NCBI GenBank assembly: GCA_963663545.1
Contig: OY760505.1
Span: 1,312,001 to 1,376,000, forward strand
Source: Candidatus Delongbacteria bacterium
GTDB lineage: Bacteria; CAIWAD01
Direction: 5' to 3'
DNA length: 64,000 bases
Under the pieces are notes generated by a model. It worked only from the letters and a program-made list of their open reading frames with translations. It made no database searches and was not told the origin of the DNA. The translations under genes were made by a program, and so were the position numbers. The number at the start of each line of letters is the position of its first letter. Within the stretch, counting starts at the first letter, position 1. Positions 49,786 to 57,960 of this stretch are shown here, piece by piece.

Positions 49786-51240
49786 TTACTTTACTTGTTG
49801 TACGATCTGTAACACGCGCTGGACCAGATCCGAGTGATCCTGTTCGAAAACCGCCTTGATATCAAGAAAGAGATCACCCTCACGTATTGTTGCTACTACC
49901 GAAGGCTCACCTACACGCAGAGCTCGATGGATGTCCTCGACCTTGACCGCTGTACTCAGTCGGAGTCTCAAACCCGCACTGGGAAGATCCTGCTCGGGAA
50001 GTGCACCGCTTCCAGTCCTGGCCGTCGACGTCTCAATCCGAAGAGAAAAGCCGTCACACACAAGTTCATCCTGATGCGGCTTCCGTGATACAACACTAGC
50101 GAATTTCTGCAGCAAACTCCTTGTGCGTGTCTTAGCCTCCTCTGGGCTCTCGTTGCACATGCGGTACACGGGCAGTTCATTCAAACGCTGTTCTCCAGCC
50201 AGGTACACTTGTAGCACGGATTCCAGAACCGCCAAGGTCATCTTGTCGCAACGAAGTGCGCGCATCATTGGATTCCGCGCCAGGCGACGTATGTGCTGCG
50301 CCTTTCCAACTAGAATTCCCGCCTGTCCTGCTCCCAGCATTTTGTCACCGCTGAAACAGACAAGGTCTGCACCTGCACGAATGGACGCGGCCACTACCGG
50401 CTCGGCTTGCGGTACGCCTGGAAAATCCACCAGCGCTCCACTGCCCAAGTCCTCTAGTAGCATCAGATCGCGATCATGCGCTAGCGCTGCAAGCTCTTTC
50501 AGCTCCGGCGTACTACTGAAGCCGATCACCCTGTAATTGGAAGTATGAACTGCCAAAAGGGCGGCTGTACGATCTCCTATTGCCTCTTCATAGTCGCTCA
50601 AGTGAGTTCGGTTGGTCGCACCAATTTCCACCATGCGGCATCCGCTACGACGTATCACATCCGGAATGCGAAATCCTCCACCGATCTCGACCTGCTGACC
50701 GCGTGATACAATGACCTCGCGACGGCTACACAGGGTATGCAGCATAAGGAAAACGGCGGCCGCGTTGTTGTTGCAGACTAGTGCATCTTCGGCTCCAGTC
50801 AGCAGGCACAGCATTTTGCGTACGCGATCCTCGCGCTGTCCACGCTTCCCTGAATCCAGCAGGAACTCCAAATCTGTGTAGGACAGCAGCACTTCCGACA
50901 ATCGCTGCTGTGCCACTAAAGGAAGCGGTGCTCGGCCAAGACCAGTATGTAACACGACACCGGTTGCATTGATTACACGCCGCATTGTATTGGTGTCAAG
51001 TTCGCGAGCGGCCTGTATCACACGCGCCACAACCATTTCCGGCTCCAGAGCCTTTTTCCTCTTTCCGGACAAGAGTTGATCGCGCAGGCTCCCCACTACT
51101 TGTTGCACCAAGCGCGTGCGAAAAGCCGGGGCAAAGGCATGCAATTCGTGCTGCAGCTGTTCGTCGGCAAGGAGCTGATCGACCTTGGGAAGGCTACGCA
51201 GGATCTGCTGATCTGGGTTAGGCTTGTCGGACTTGTTCAT
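49786..51240 (-). CDS. selA: L-seryl-tRNA(Sec) selenium transferase
   Basis: VINATGVVLHT.LGRA, NNNAAAV, SRG..VEIGG.FRIP, EDLGSG, FSGDK (PLP Lys), RALRCDK. Confidence 0.95.
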   Translation of the reverse strand: MNKSDKPNPDQQILRSLPKVDQLLADEQLQHELHAFAPAFRTRLVQQVVGSLRDQLLSGKRKKALEPEMVVARVIQAARELDTNTMRRVINATGVVLHTGLGRAPLPLVAQQRLSEVLLSYTDLEFLLDSGKRGQREDRVRKMLCLLTGAEDALVCNNNAAAVFLMLHTLCSRREVIVSRGQQVEIGGGFRIPDVIRRSGCRMVEIGATNRTHLSDYEEAIGDRTAALLAVHTSNYRVIGFSSTPELKELAALAHDRDLMLLEDLGSGALVDFPGVPQAEPVVAASIRAGADLVCFSGDKMLGAGQAGILVGKAQHIRRLARNPMMRALRCDKMTLAVLESVLQVYLAGEQRLNELPVYRMCNESPEEAKTRTRSLLQKFASVVSRKPHQDELVCDGFSLRIETSTARTGSGALPEQDLPSAGLRLRLSTAVKVEDIHRALRVGEPSVVATIREGDLFLDIKAVFEQDHSDLVQRVLQIVQQVK

Positions 51241-51259
51241 GCTTGTCCTGTGTTACAGT

Positions 51260-51295
51260 AAAGACGGCTGTCCACGAAAAGGGCAGACAGCCGTC
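51260..51295 (-). terminator. Hairpin, possible terminator between the barrel gene and selA
   Basis: 10-bp stem GACGGCTGTC/GACAGCCGTC (51263-51295); only TTT follows. Confidence 0.45.
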
Positions 51296-51324
51296 GAAAT
51301 CGGCTACACTCGCCACCGGACCCC

Positions 51325-52899
51325 TTAGAAGCGGGTTTCCAGTTGCAGGCGATATCCGCTGAAGGGGTTCACCAAACGGCAATTACCGCTCGAGCAAACC
51401 AGACCACCGCGAACATCACCGATAAATACTGTCAAGCTATGATCCAAGAACTGGCCTGTGCTGAAATCGTAACGCAGTTCACCTGAGTATACCCAATCGT
51501 CGCCCGACTCGCTTTCTTCTTCGTAATCGGCGGTCAGATTCAGCGAAAGACTCTGTAGTGGGAAATAGTCCAGGTACAGCAAAGAAGCCAGGTTCTCGTG
51601 TTCGTTGTCCAGATTCTCTTTGTTCATCAGCTCTGCACTGAACTCGGCTCTCCCCGGAAGGCTCAGCATTGACAAGGGCGTGAGATAGGATGCACCCAGA
51701 CCCACTTTACGATACCAGTCACCACTGCCGACCTGAGCCGTTTCTTCGGTGTAGGCCCCTGTCATGGTCAGGTGACGCTCGCCGCTGAGTTCACGCGAAT
51801 AGCGTCCCGTGTATTCCTGGTAAGCGGCAAAGGACTCTTCCATCACCGGAAGAGGACTGCCATCGTCAATCTGCGAGGCCCACGCTCCAGACAGCTGCAA
51901 CTCCGCTCCATCGGAGAAATAGTGTGACACATCTAACTGCAAACCGGTCTCGTCCTGGAAATTGGTCTGCTTGCGTTTGCGTGCAATCAGCTTCGTGGGA
52001 ATCTCCTGCTGGACAATGGGCGGATTGCAGAGCATCAACTTGTCGCCAGCCATGCGGTAATACTTGTGAGACAACTGCATGTACCAGCCGAACAAATCGG
52101 TCCCCAGTGTGGCATAGCTGGCCAGGCCACCATCTCCAGCGTTCTTCTCACCCGATAGCAAGCGCTGTCCCAGGTAGTTGTAGCCAAAGGCAATCGGACC
52201 CAGTGATCCGTCGATGTAGCCTTCAATGCTCTCGATATGCTGTCCGCTCATGGAGACTGGATCTTGTATCACATCATCAGCAGCAATCCAGGAAGCACCG
52301 ATCATGGCCCAGGGGTGGAAATACTCAACATTGGCCGCGTGTAACACACCATAATAGTCCGATTCGCCATAAAGGGCTTTGACACCAAAGAGCGAGCCGG
52401 AATACTCGACATAGGCACCGTCAGCTGCATTGTCCCAGGTACTGGGAGTATCCATGCGCAGAGTTTCTGTCAGCAGTGGGTTCTCTAGCTGATCATCACG
52501 ATAAAGCGAAAGCCCAAGGCCATTACCGAAGGTGGTGTGTGTATGTCCCACACGAACCAGCAGTGGTCCTTGCCATTCGAGCGAGCGGCGAATCAGTTCC
52601 TCTTCACGAATCTGCTGATCCCTTTGTATTCGACCATCAGGAAACTCGCTAGGGTGATACACGGCTCCTGCAAGGTTCATCTGAAAACGATTCCAGTTCA
52701 GATTCACGTCCAGCACTTCCTCGCGAAACTGCCGTGCGGCGTCCTGCCCATCGGAGAGTTGGACATCTCCATTGCCGTACAGCATGCGATTGATACCGGA
52801 AAGCCCGACTTGGGCCATTGCTGTTGAGCCGAGGAACAGGACTGCTGTGACACAAAACTGCAGTTTGGAAAGGCTAAGCGACACCCGGGTGCAAGCCAT
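51325..52899 (-). CDS. DUF6029-like outer-membrane beta-barrel protein
   Basis: Signal peptide; G....TFGNGL.L; NPP.V..E; C-terminus G..RGGLVCSSGNCR.V.PF.G. Confidence 0.65.
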   Translation of the reverse strand: MACTRVSLSLSKLQFCVTAVLFLGSTAMAQVGLSGINRMLYGNGDVQLSDGQDAARQFREEVLDVNLNWNRFQMNLAGAVYHPSEFPDGRIQRDQQIREEELIRRSLEWQGPLLVRVGHTHTTFGNGLGLSLYRDDQLENPLLTETLRMDTPSTWDNAADGAYVEYSGSLFGVKALYGESDYYGVLHAANVEYFHPWAMIGASWIAADDVIQDPVSMSGQHIESIEGYIDGSLGPIAFGYNYLGQRLLSGEKNAGDGGLASYATLGTDLFGWYMQLSHKYYRMAGDKLMLCNPPIVQQEIPTKLIARKRKQTNFQDETGLQLDVSHYFSDGAELQLSGAWASQIDDGSPLPVMEESFAAYQEYTGRYSRELSGERHLTMTGAYTEETAQVGSGDWYRKVGLGASYLTPLSMLSLPGRAEFSAELMNKENLDNEHENLASLLYLDYFPLQSLSLNLTADYEEESESGDDWVYSGELRYDFSTGQFLDHSLTVFIGDVRGGLVCSSGNCRLVNPFSGYRLQLETRF

Positions 52900-52901
52900 T
52901 T

Positions 52902-53435
52902 CTACTCCCCTTCTTCGCTTGGGGCTTCAGGTTCTGCAACATCCGTCGTTGGCGGGGCAAGCAGCTCTTCGATGTACTCGCGCAAGTGTTCCTCGTCGCC
53001 GGGTTTGTAGCCGCTATGCGTGTAGACAACTTCGCCCGTAGGATCGACAAGGATCAAATAGGGCGGCACCGTACCCTTGAGCTGCTTCATCTCTTTACCG
53101 TTGATATCAAAGAGTACCGGGCAGCTCCAGTTCTTCCCACGCGCGTAAGGCGCCACGCCCTTCTTGCTACGAGGGCTGTCCACAGAGATCAGAGCCAGTT
53201 TGAGGCCACGGTCAGCGAACTCTTCCTGGATTCTGATCAGATGTGGTATTTCCAGTTTGCAGGGCTCGCAGTAGGTGGCCCAGAAGGAGAGCATCACGTA
53301 GCTGTTCTCGCACTCGGCGGTGAGATCATAGAGCTGATTATCCAGGTCACGAAGCTTGAAATCGGCCTTGGCCGCAATGACCTGTGTGACAAAACACAAG
53401 CAGAGAGTGGCTAGTAGCAGGTATGACTTGCGCAT
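52902..53435 (-). CDS. TlpA-family thiol-disulfide oxidoreductase
   Basis: DF.L.D, SFWATYCEPC..E.P, ISVD, cis-Pro region VPP. Confidence 0.9.
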   Translation of the reverse strand: MRKSYLLLATLCLCFVTQVIAAKADFKLRDLDNQLYDLTAECENSYVMLSFWATYCEPCKLEIPHLIRIQEEFADRGLKLALISVDSPRSKKGVAPYARGKNWSCPVLFDINGKEMKQLKGTVPPYLILVDPTGEVVYTHSGYKPGDEEHLREYIEELLAPPTTDVAEPEAPSEEGE

Positions 53436-53444
53436 GGGAGCTCC

Positions 53445-54191
53445 CTACTTGATCAGTGTCATGCTGCCGCTGCGTAGCTCATCGCCCAGCGTCAGGTGAT
53501 ACAGGTAAACACCGCCTGCCAAGCCGTTAGCGTCAAAGCGCACGATGTGCTCACCGGCTGACAGCATTGTATTGTTGTAGTACTCGCGCACGCTGCGTCC
53601 CAGCAGGTCCGTGATACTCAGGCTGACATTTTGTGACGCGGGCAGCGTGAAGGCAATCTGGGTTTGCGGGTTGAAGGGGTTGGGATACACGCGCACCAGA
53701 TCATGACTCTGCGGGAGCGGTGATACAGACACGTCGTCGCTCAGCGTGTAGGCGAGCTCCTGCCAGAGGGTATCGTCGGGGCACAAGGAGCGTACAAAGC
53801 CCGCGCGGAGGTGTGCTTCGCCGAAAAGGCTATCGGCAGTAACTTGAACATCGAATTCAGCACTGGACTCACTCGCGATGGCTGTGCTTCCGCTGGTTTC
53901 GCTGCCGAACATGATCAGCAAACAGAACTCTTCACCATCAGGATGTGTCCCGCACATCTGATAGCTCCACTGATCCGGACCATCCACCTTCTGCAGGATC
54001 AGAGTGATCTCATCATCCATGATGTTAGGGTTGTAGCCCTCGTACCACCACTGCTGTATCACGCCCTCGGCTGGAATCGTTTCCATCGCGGTGAAGACAA
54101 CCGGGTTGTCGTCCACAGTAATCTCGCTGCACTGGGCAAAGGCACTTCCAGCGGCCACCAGCAGCAGAAGAGCGATCAGGGTTCTGCGCAT
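53445..54191 (-). CDS. Small secreted protein with T9SS type A sorting domain
   Basis: SD GGAGG; signal peptide; VYPNPFNP.T.I, DLLGR, GVYLY, MTLIK. Confidence 0.8.
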   Translation of the reverse strand: MRRTLIALLLLVAAGSAFAQCSEITVDDNPVVFTAMETIPAEGVIQQWWYEGYNPNIMDDEITLILQKVDGPDQWSYQMCGTHPDGEEFCLLIMFGSETSGSTAIASESSAEFDVQVTADSLFGEAHLRAGFVRSLCPDDTLWQELAYTLSDDVSVSPLPQSHDLVRVYPNPFNPQTQIAFTLPASQNVSLSITDLLGRSVREYYNNTMLSAGEHIVRFDANGLAGGVYLYHLTLGDELRSGSMTLIK

Positions 54192-54258
54192 GTAATCCTC
54201 CCGGCGCGTAGCGCCTGTATCACGAGTTATCGGGGTTTCCAGAATCCTTGTATCACCA

Positions 54259-55470
54259 TCAGGGGTTCAGGCCCAGCATTTCTTGCAGAGCCGATTCCAG
54301 CACATCCTGCGACAACTGGCCCGCGCGCAACGCCACCAGCCCGTCTGGGCCCAGCAGGAAGTTGGTTGGAAACGAGGAAATGCCGATACGCTGCGCCAAC
54401 GGTGTGTTACCGGCATCCAGCAGAAAGCGGAATTGATATTCCGGGTGGTCTTCAACCCACGCAGGCAGGTTGGCAAAGTCAGTTGTATAGGGGTTTAGCG
54501 CCAGCACCTGGAAACCTTGGTCGCCATACTCTTCCAGCATGTCCTGAAACATGGGCATTTCTTCATTGCAGGCGGGACAATTGATAAACCAGAAGGAAAG
54601 CAACACCACCTGGCCTCGATGCTGACGCAGTGATACAAGATCTCCGCTGCCGACTTCGGCCAGCTCGAAATCTGGAAAGAGCTCGTCAACGGAGAATCCT
54701 TCCTCAACCTCAATCCAGGCAAAGCTGAAGCTCTGATCACATGCGCTGTCAAAATGATACCCAGCCGGAGTTGCCACAAAGCCGGGCAAAAATGCAGAGA
54801 CCAGACCGCCACCGATAGAGCTGATCGTATGGGTTCCGGTCAGACCCGTTGCACGACCGCGGTAGATGAGTTCCGCATCCTCAAAGGTAGGCAGGAATTC
54901 AAGTGATACATCGGCGCCAAAGAAGTCCATCTCGTATGTGGCTTCTTCTGCGACGAAAGTGCTATCCGCAAAAGTGCAACTCTCACTTGCAATCGCCAAC
55001 GTATGCTCGGTGTCGCGTGTTACATAGATCGTAGCGGGTGTCGTTTCGTCAAGGGTTACACCATCCAGCTGAATGGGCAAACCGTCAAGTTCGGTATTGG
55101 CGATGGAGCGCACGCTGATGGCGCTAAAACCATCGTCGCTGCGGTTGAGCAGAAAGCGAATGCTGTCACGCTCGGCACCGTGAAAACTGAAACTTTGCGT
55201 AGACAGATCGAAATAGGGGGCCTGAAAACTCACTTGGTAGGTTTGATCCAGGTTCAGCCCGTCGACGAGATCCCAGCCTGTACCCGTGCCGGTGGCAGCG
55301 ACGTAGCCGTCCAGAAGAATCTGGCCCGAGAGGTAGCCTCCAGTAGGATTCGCAGCATCCAGTGCACTGACGAAAAGCTGGCCAACGTCGCGGTTCTCGT
55401 CAATATCACACGCCGTGACACAAAACATCAGCCCGACTAGGGCGAGAGGTAGAGAGGTTGTTCGCTTCAT
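54259..55470 (-). CDS. Lipoprotein with PEGA-like repeats and C-terminal TlpA/redoxin domain
   Basis: Lipobox VTAC; I.LDG....TP; PDFEL, FW..CPAC..EMP, FPTNFL; start 55470 inferred. Confidence 0.75.
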   Translation of the reverse strand: MKRTTSLPLALVGLMFCVTACDIDENRDVGQLFVSALDAANPTGGYLSGQILLDGYVAATGTGTGWDLVDGLNLDQTYQVSFQAPYFDLSTQSFSFHGAERDSIRFLLNRSDDGFSAISVRSIANTELDGLPIQLDGVTLDETTPATIYVTRDTEHTLAIASESCTFADSTFVAEEATYEMDFFGADVSLEFLPTFEDAELIYRGRATGLTGTHTISSIGGGLVSAFLPGFVATPAGYHFDSACDQSFSFAWIEVEEGFSVDELFPDFELAEVGSGDLVSLRQHRGQVVLLSFWFINCPACNEEMPMFQDMLEEYGDQGFQVLALNPYTTDFANLPAWVEDHPEYQFRFLLDAGNTPLAQRIGISSFPTNFLLGPDGLVALRAGQLSQDVLESALQEMLGLNP

Positions 55471-55671
55471 GGGGGCAAAGATAAAGAAGCCTGAGCTTAG
55501 GTTCAGCCAGACTTTTCCTCCGCTGATTCTTCGTTTGTTCACACATGTGTTTCCTAACGACATGATTCACGGGCGATCCTCTGCAAAGGCGTTGTCAATT
55601 CCTACCTTTCATGCTTTCGTTCGGAGTCGGCGCGCCAGTGGGGTGCGTCCGAAGCCTTAGCCTGCGAGGTT

Positions 55672-56868
55672 ATGATGAAGTCCATCGTTCCTGCACATCG
55701 CACTCTGGACATCAAGTACGCGGTGCGAGATGTGATTCTGGTGGCCGAAGAAGCCCGCCGCCGGGGTCGCGACATGCTCTATCTGAATATCGGTGATCCG
55801 AACCCTTATGATTGGCGGACACCGGCCCACCTGATCGAGGCCACTTGCGAGGCCATGAAGCGCAATCTGAATGGATACAGCCCCTCCTCTGGAATCAGTG
55901 AGGGCGTGGAGGCCATTCGGCGCGAGGCGGAGCGCAAGGGTATTCGTGCTATTCGCGAGATCTTTGTGACAACGGGCGCATCCGAAGCCATTGAGATCGC
56001 CATGACCGCCCTGTTGAACAAGGGCGACAACTTCCTGATTCCGTACCCCGGATATCCGCTGTACACCGCTCTGTTGAGCAAGCTCGAAGCGGAAGCGCGC
56101 CCCTACTATATGAATGAGGCGAACGGCTGGCAGCCGGATGTGGAAGATATTGAGAACAAGATCGACGAGCGCACCCGCGGCATCGTGCTGATCAATCCGA
56201 ACAACCCGACCGGCGCGACCTTCAGCAAGGATACGCTGATTAATGTCGCCGACATTTGCCGCCGCAAGGGGATTGTGCTTTTCTCCGACGAGATCTACGA
56301 CAAAATGATCTTCGACGGCAGTACCCACGTGAGCACCGCCGCCCTTTGCGAGGATGTTTGCATTCTAACCTTCAACGGCCTATCCAAGAACTACATCGCC
56401 CCTGGATTTCGCATCGGCTGGTGCATTGTCTCGGGTCCGGATGAGATTACGCGCGAGTACACCGAGGCAATGCTCAAGCTGACGCGTGCCCGTTTGTGCG
56501 CCAATCATCCAATGCAGTTCGCAATCGCTCCGGCCCTGGATGGGGATCAGAGTCATATTGACGAGATGAACCGCATTCTCAAGCGACGCGTCGAGCTTAC
56601 GGATCGCACCTTTGCTGCGATGGAGCATGCCAGCTGTGTAAAACCTGGTGGTGCTTTTTACGCCTTCCCCACCATCGAAATCGAAGGCGAGGACAGTGAC
56701 TTCGTCAAGGAGCTCATCCTGGAAACAGGTGTGGTTGTGGTCGCCGGCAGCGGTTTTGGCCAGCGCCCCGGCACAAAGCACTTCCGTATGGTTCTGCTTC
56801 CGGACGATGATATTCTGACACGTGCTTATGAGCGCATCGGCAATTTTCTTGCTAGCTGGCGTCGCTAA
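55672..56868 (+). CDS. Class I/II aminotransferase, AlaA-like
   Basis: LNIGDP, GY..S.G, INPNNPTG, DEIYD, NGLSK...PG.R.GW, P.GAFY. Confidence 0.92.
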   Translation: MMKSIVPAHRTLDIKYAVRDVILVAEEARRRGRDMLYLNIGDPNPYDWRTPAHLIEATCEAMKRNLNGYSPSSGISEGVEAIRREAERKGIRAIREIFVTTGASEAIEIAMTALLNKGDNFLIPYPGYPLYTALLSKLEAEARPYYMNEANGWQPDVEDIENKIDERTRGIVLINPNNPTGATFSKDTLINVADICRRKGIVLFSDEIYDKMIFDGSTHVSTAALCEDVCILTFNGLSKNYIAPGFRIGWCIVSGPDEITREYTEAMLKLTRARLCANHPMQFAIAPALDGDQSHIDEMNRILKRRVELTDRTFAAMEHASCVKPGGAFYAFPTIEIEGEDSDFVKELILETGVVVVAGSGFGQRPGTKHFRMVLLPDDDILTRAYERIGNFLASWRR

Positions 56869-56937
56869 AGAGCGTGCTGGTTGATTTCAACTGATTTCGC
56901 TTAGCTGACCCTGTTTTGTTCAAAAACGAGCGCCAAC

Positions 56938-56974
56938 GGCGGGATTTGAACACCTCAAGTCCCGCCTTTTCTTT
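56938..56974 (+). terminator. Intrinsic terminator
   Basis: GGCGGGATTTGA-acacc-TCAAGTCCCGCC followed by TTTTCTTT. Confidence 0.85.
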
Positions 56975-57061
56975 CCCATTTACACACTTTCTCATTAATA
57001 ATATGAGACTTACAAAGTCTCGATATGTGCTGGCACATGGTTTGCTCCCTCAAACGGCGAT

Positions 57062-57286
57062 AGGGTTCTTCAGAAAAGAGAGACTCTGGGTGCCGAATGG
57101 ACAAACTGTTTGAAGTTCACCACTTCACGATGGATGACAAGCCCGCCGTTAGGCAGATGGCGCGCAAACTCATCTTCCATTCAAACCTCCTACTCTCCTC
57201 ACCCGTATTTCTGATTTTGCTATTAGTCCTGTGTCTTTTTGGCATGTGACCAGGGTCTAGCCGCTATCTTATTCTGAAGAACCCTT
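57062..57286 (+). ncRNA. Candidate structured RNA (long irregular hairpin, possibly 6S RNA)
   Basis: Perfect 14-bp closing helix AGGGTTCTTCAGAA/TTCTGAAGAACCCT, nested helices with G:U pairs on the plus strand, U-rich tail. Confidence 0.5.
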
Positions 57287-57598
57287 TCCTTTTTTCTCTT
57301 TGCGAAATCAGATTTTTTCCTGATTCATACATTTTTTCTTTGAACAAGGACTTTGTCCCCACACAAGCATGTTGTGACGGTCGTGATCCGTGTCCGGTGT
57401 GTTCAATTTCCGGGCGATACTTAGCGGCTATTGCCAGGACGTGCCAAACGCTGATTTGTCAAGGGGTTATGACGAACAGCTGGCTGGTTCCACGAACAAG
57501 TACGGACGACGTGGTGCACGATTCGGAACAACGAGCAAAATCAGAGTGCAGTACCGTGAGGTTTGACTGCATTTGAAATGCTTGTTTTTGTATACTTT

Positions 57599-57818
57599 AC
57601 AAGAAACCCACTTGCTGATTCTCAAAGAGGCACACCGCTTGCATTGAGAATCGCCAAGTGGGTTTCTTGTTGAGATGGACGGCACAGGCCCCCGGATAAC
57701 GTGCATTACCCCCTTCTTGTGCGTTGTTCGTTACCCCCTTCTCGACACCACCGTTTGATTTTGCTAATTCACCCCCGCCTGTGCTGTCACTGCCGCTATC
57801 AACAAGAAACCCTACTTT
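57599..57818. repeat. Long inverted repeat (57599-57670) plus a third copy of the arm near 57800
   Basis: ACAAGAAACCCACTTG..GATTCTCAA / TTGAGAATC..CAAGTGGGTTTCTTGT; AACAAGAAACCCTACTT at 57801. Confidence 0.8.
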
Positions 57819-57960
57819 TTTACCCACCAGGAGCAGAATTCCGAATAATCATTAACATTTATCGCGGTGTGTGGTACTAGTCCGTACTTGGCGCCTTACA
57901 CAGGCTGAGGGCTTGTTGTCGTTTGCACATGGACCAACTCGTGTGAACGGATCCACTTGG

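Noticed and set aside
26850..55470. UGA-recoded selenoproteins near selA/selB
   Set aside because: All redox motifs inspected (CPKC, CTTC, CEPC, CPAC, CSC, C-x4-C) use Cys codons, and no split ORF suggesting UGA readthrough was seen
55657..56328. 223-aa minus-strand ORF
   Set aside because: Antisense to a clear aminotransferase gene
57340..57827. ORFs 57340-57576 (+), 57467-57706 (-) and 57597-57827 (-)
   Set aside because: Non-ATG starts, atypical composition, no motifs; two of them overlap the long inverted repeat
57838..57867. Possible dif/Xer site (ATTCCGAATAA-TCATTAACAT-TTATCGCGG)
   Set aside because: The spacer is 10 bp rather than 6 and there is no TTATGTTAAAT-like XerD arm
56870..57960. 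Replication origin in the AT-rich island
   Set aside because: No TTATCCACA-type DnaA box cluster seen and no oriC-linked genes nearby
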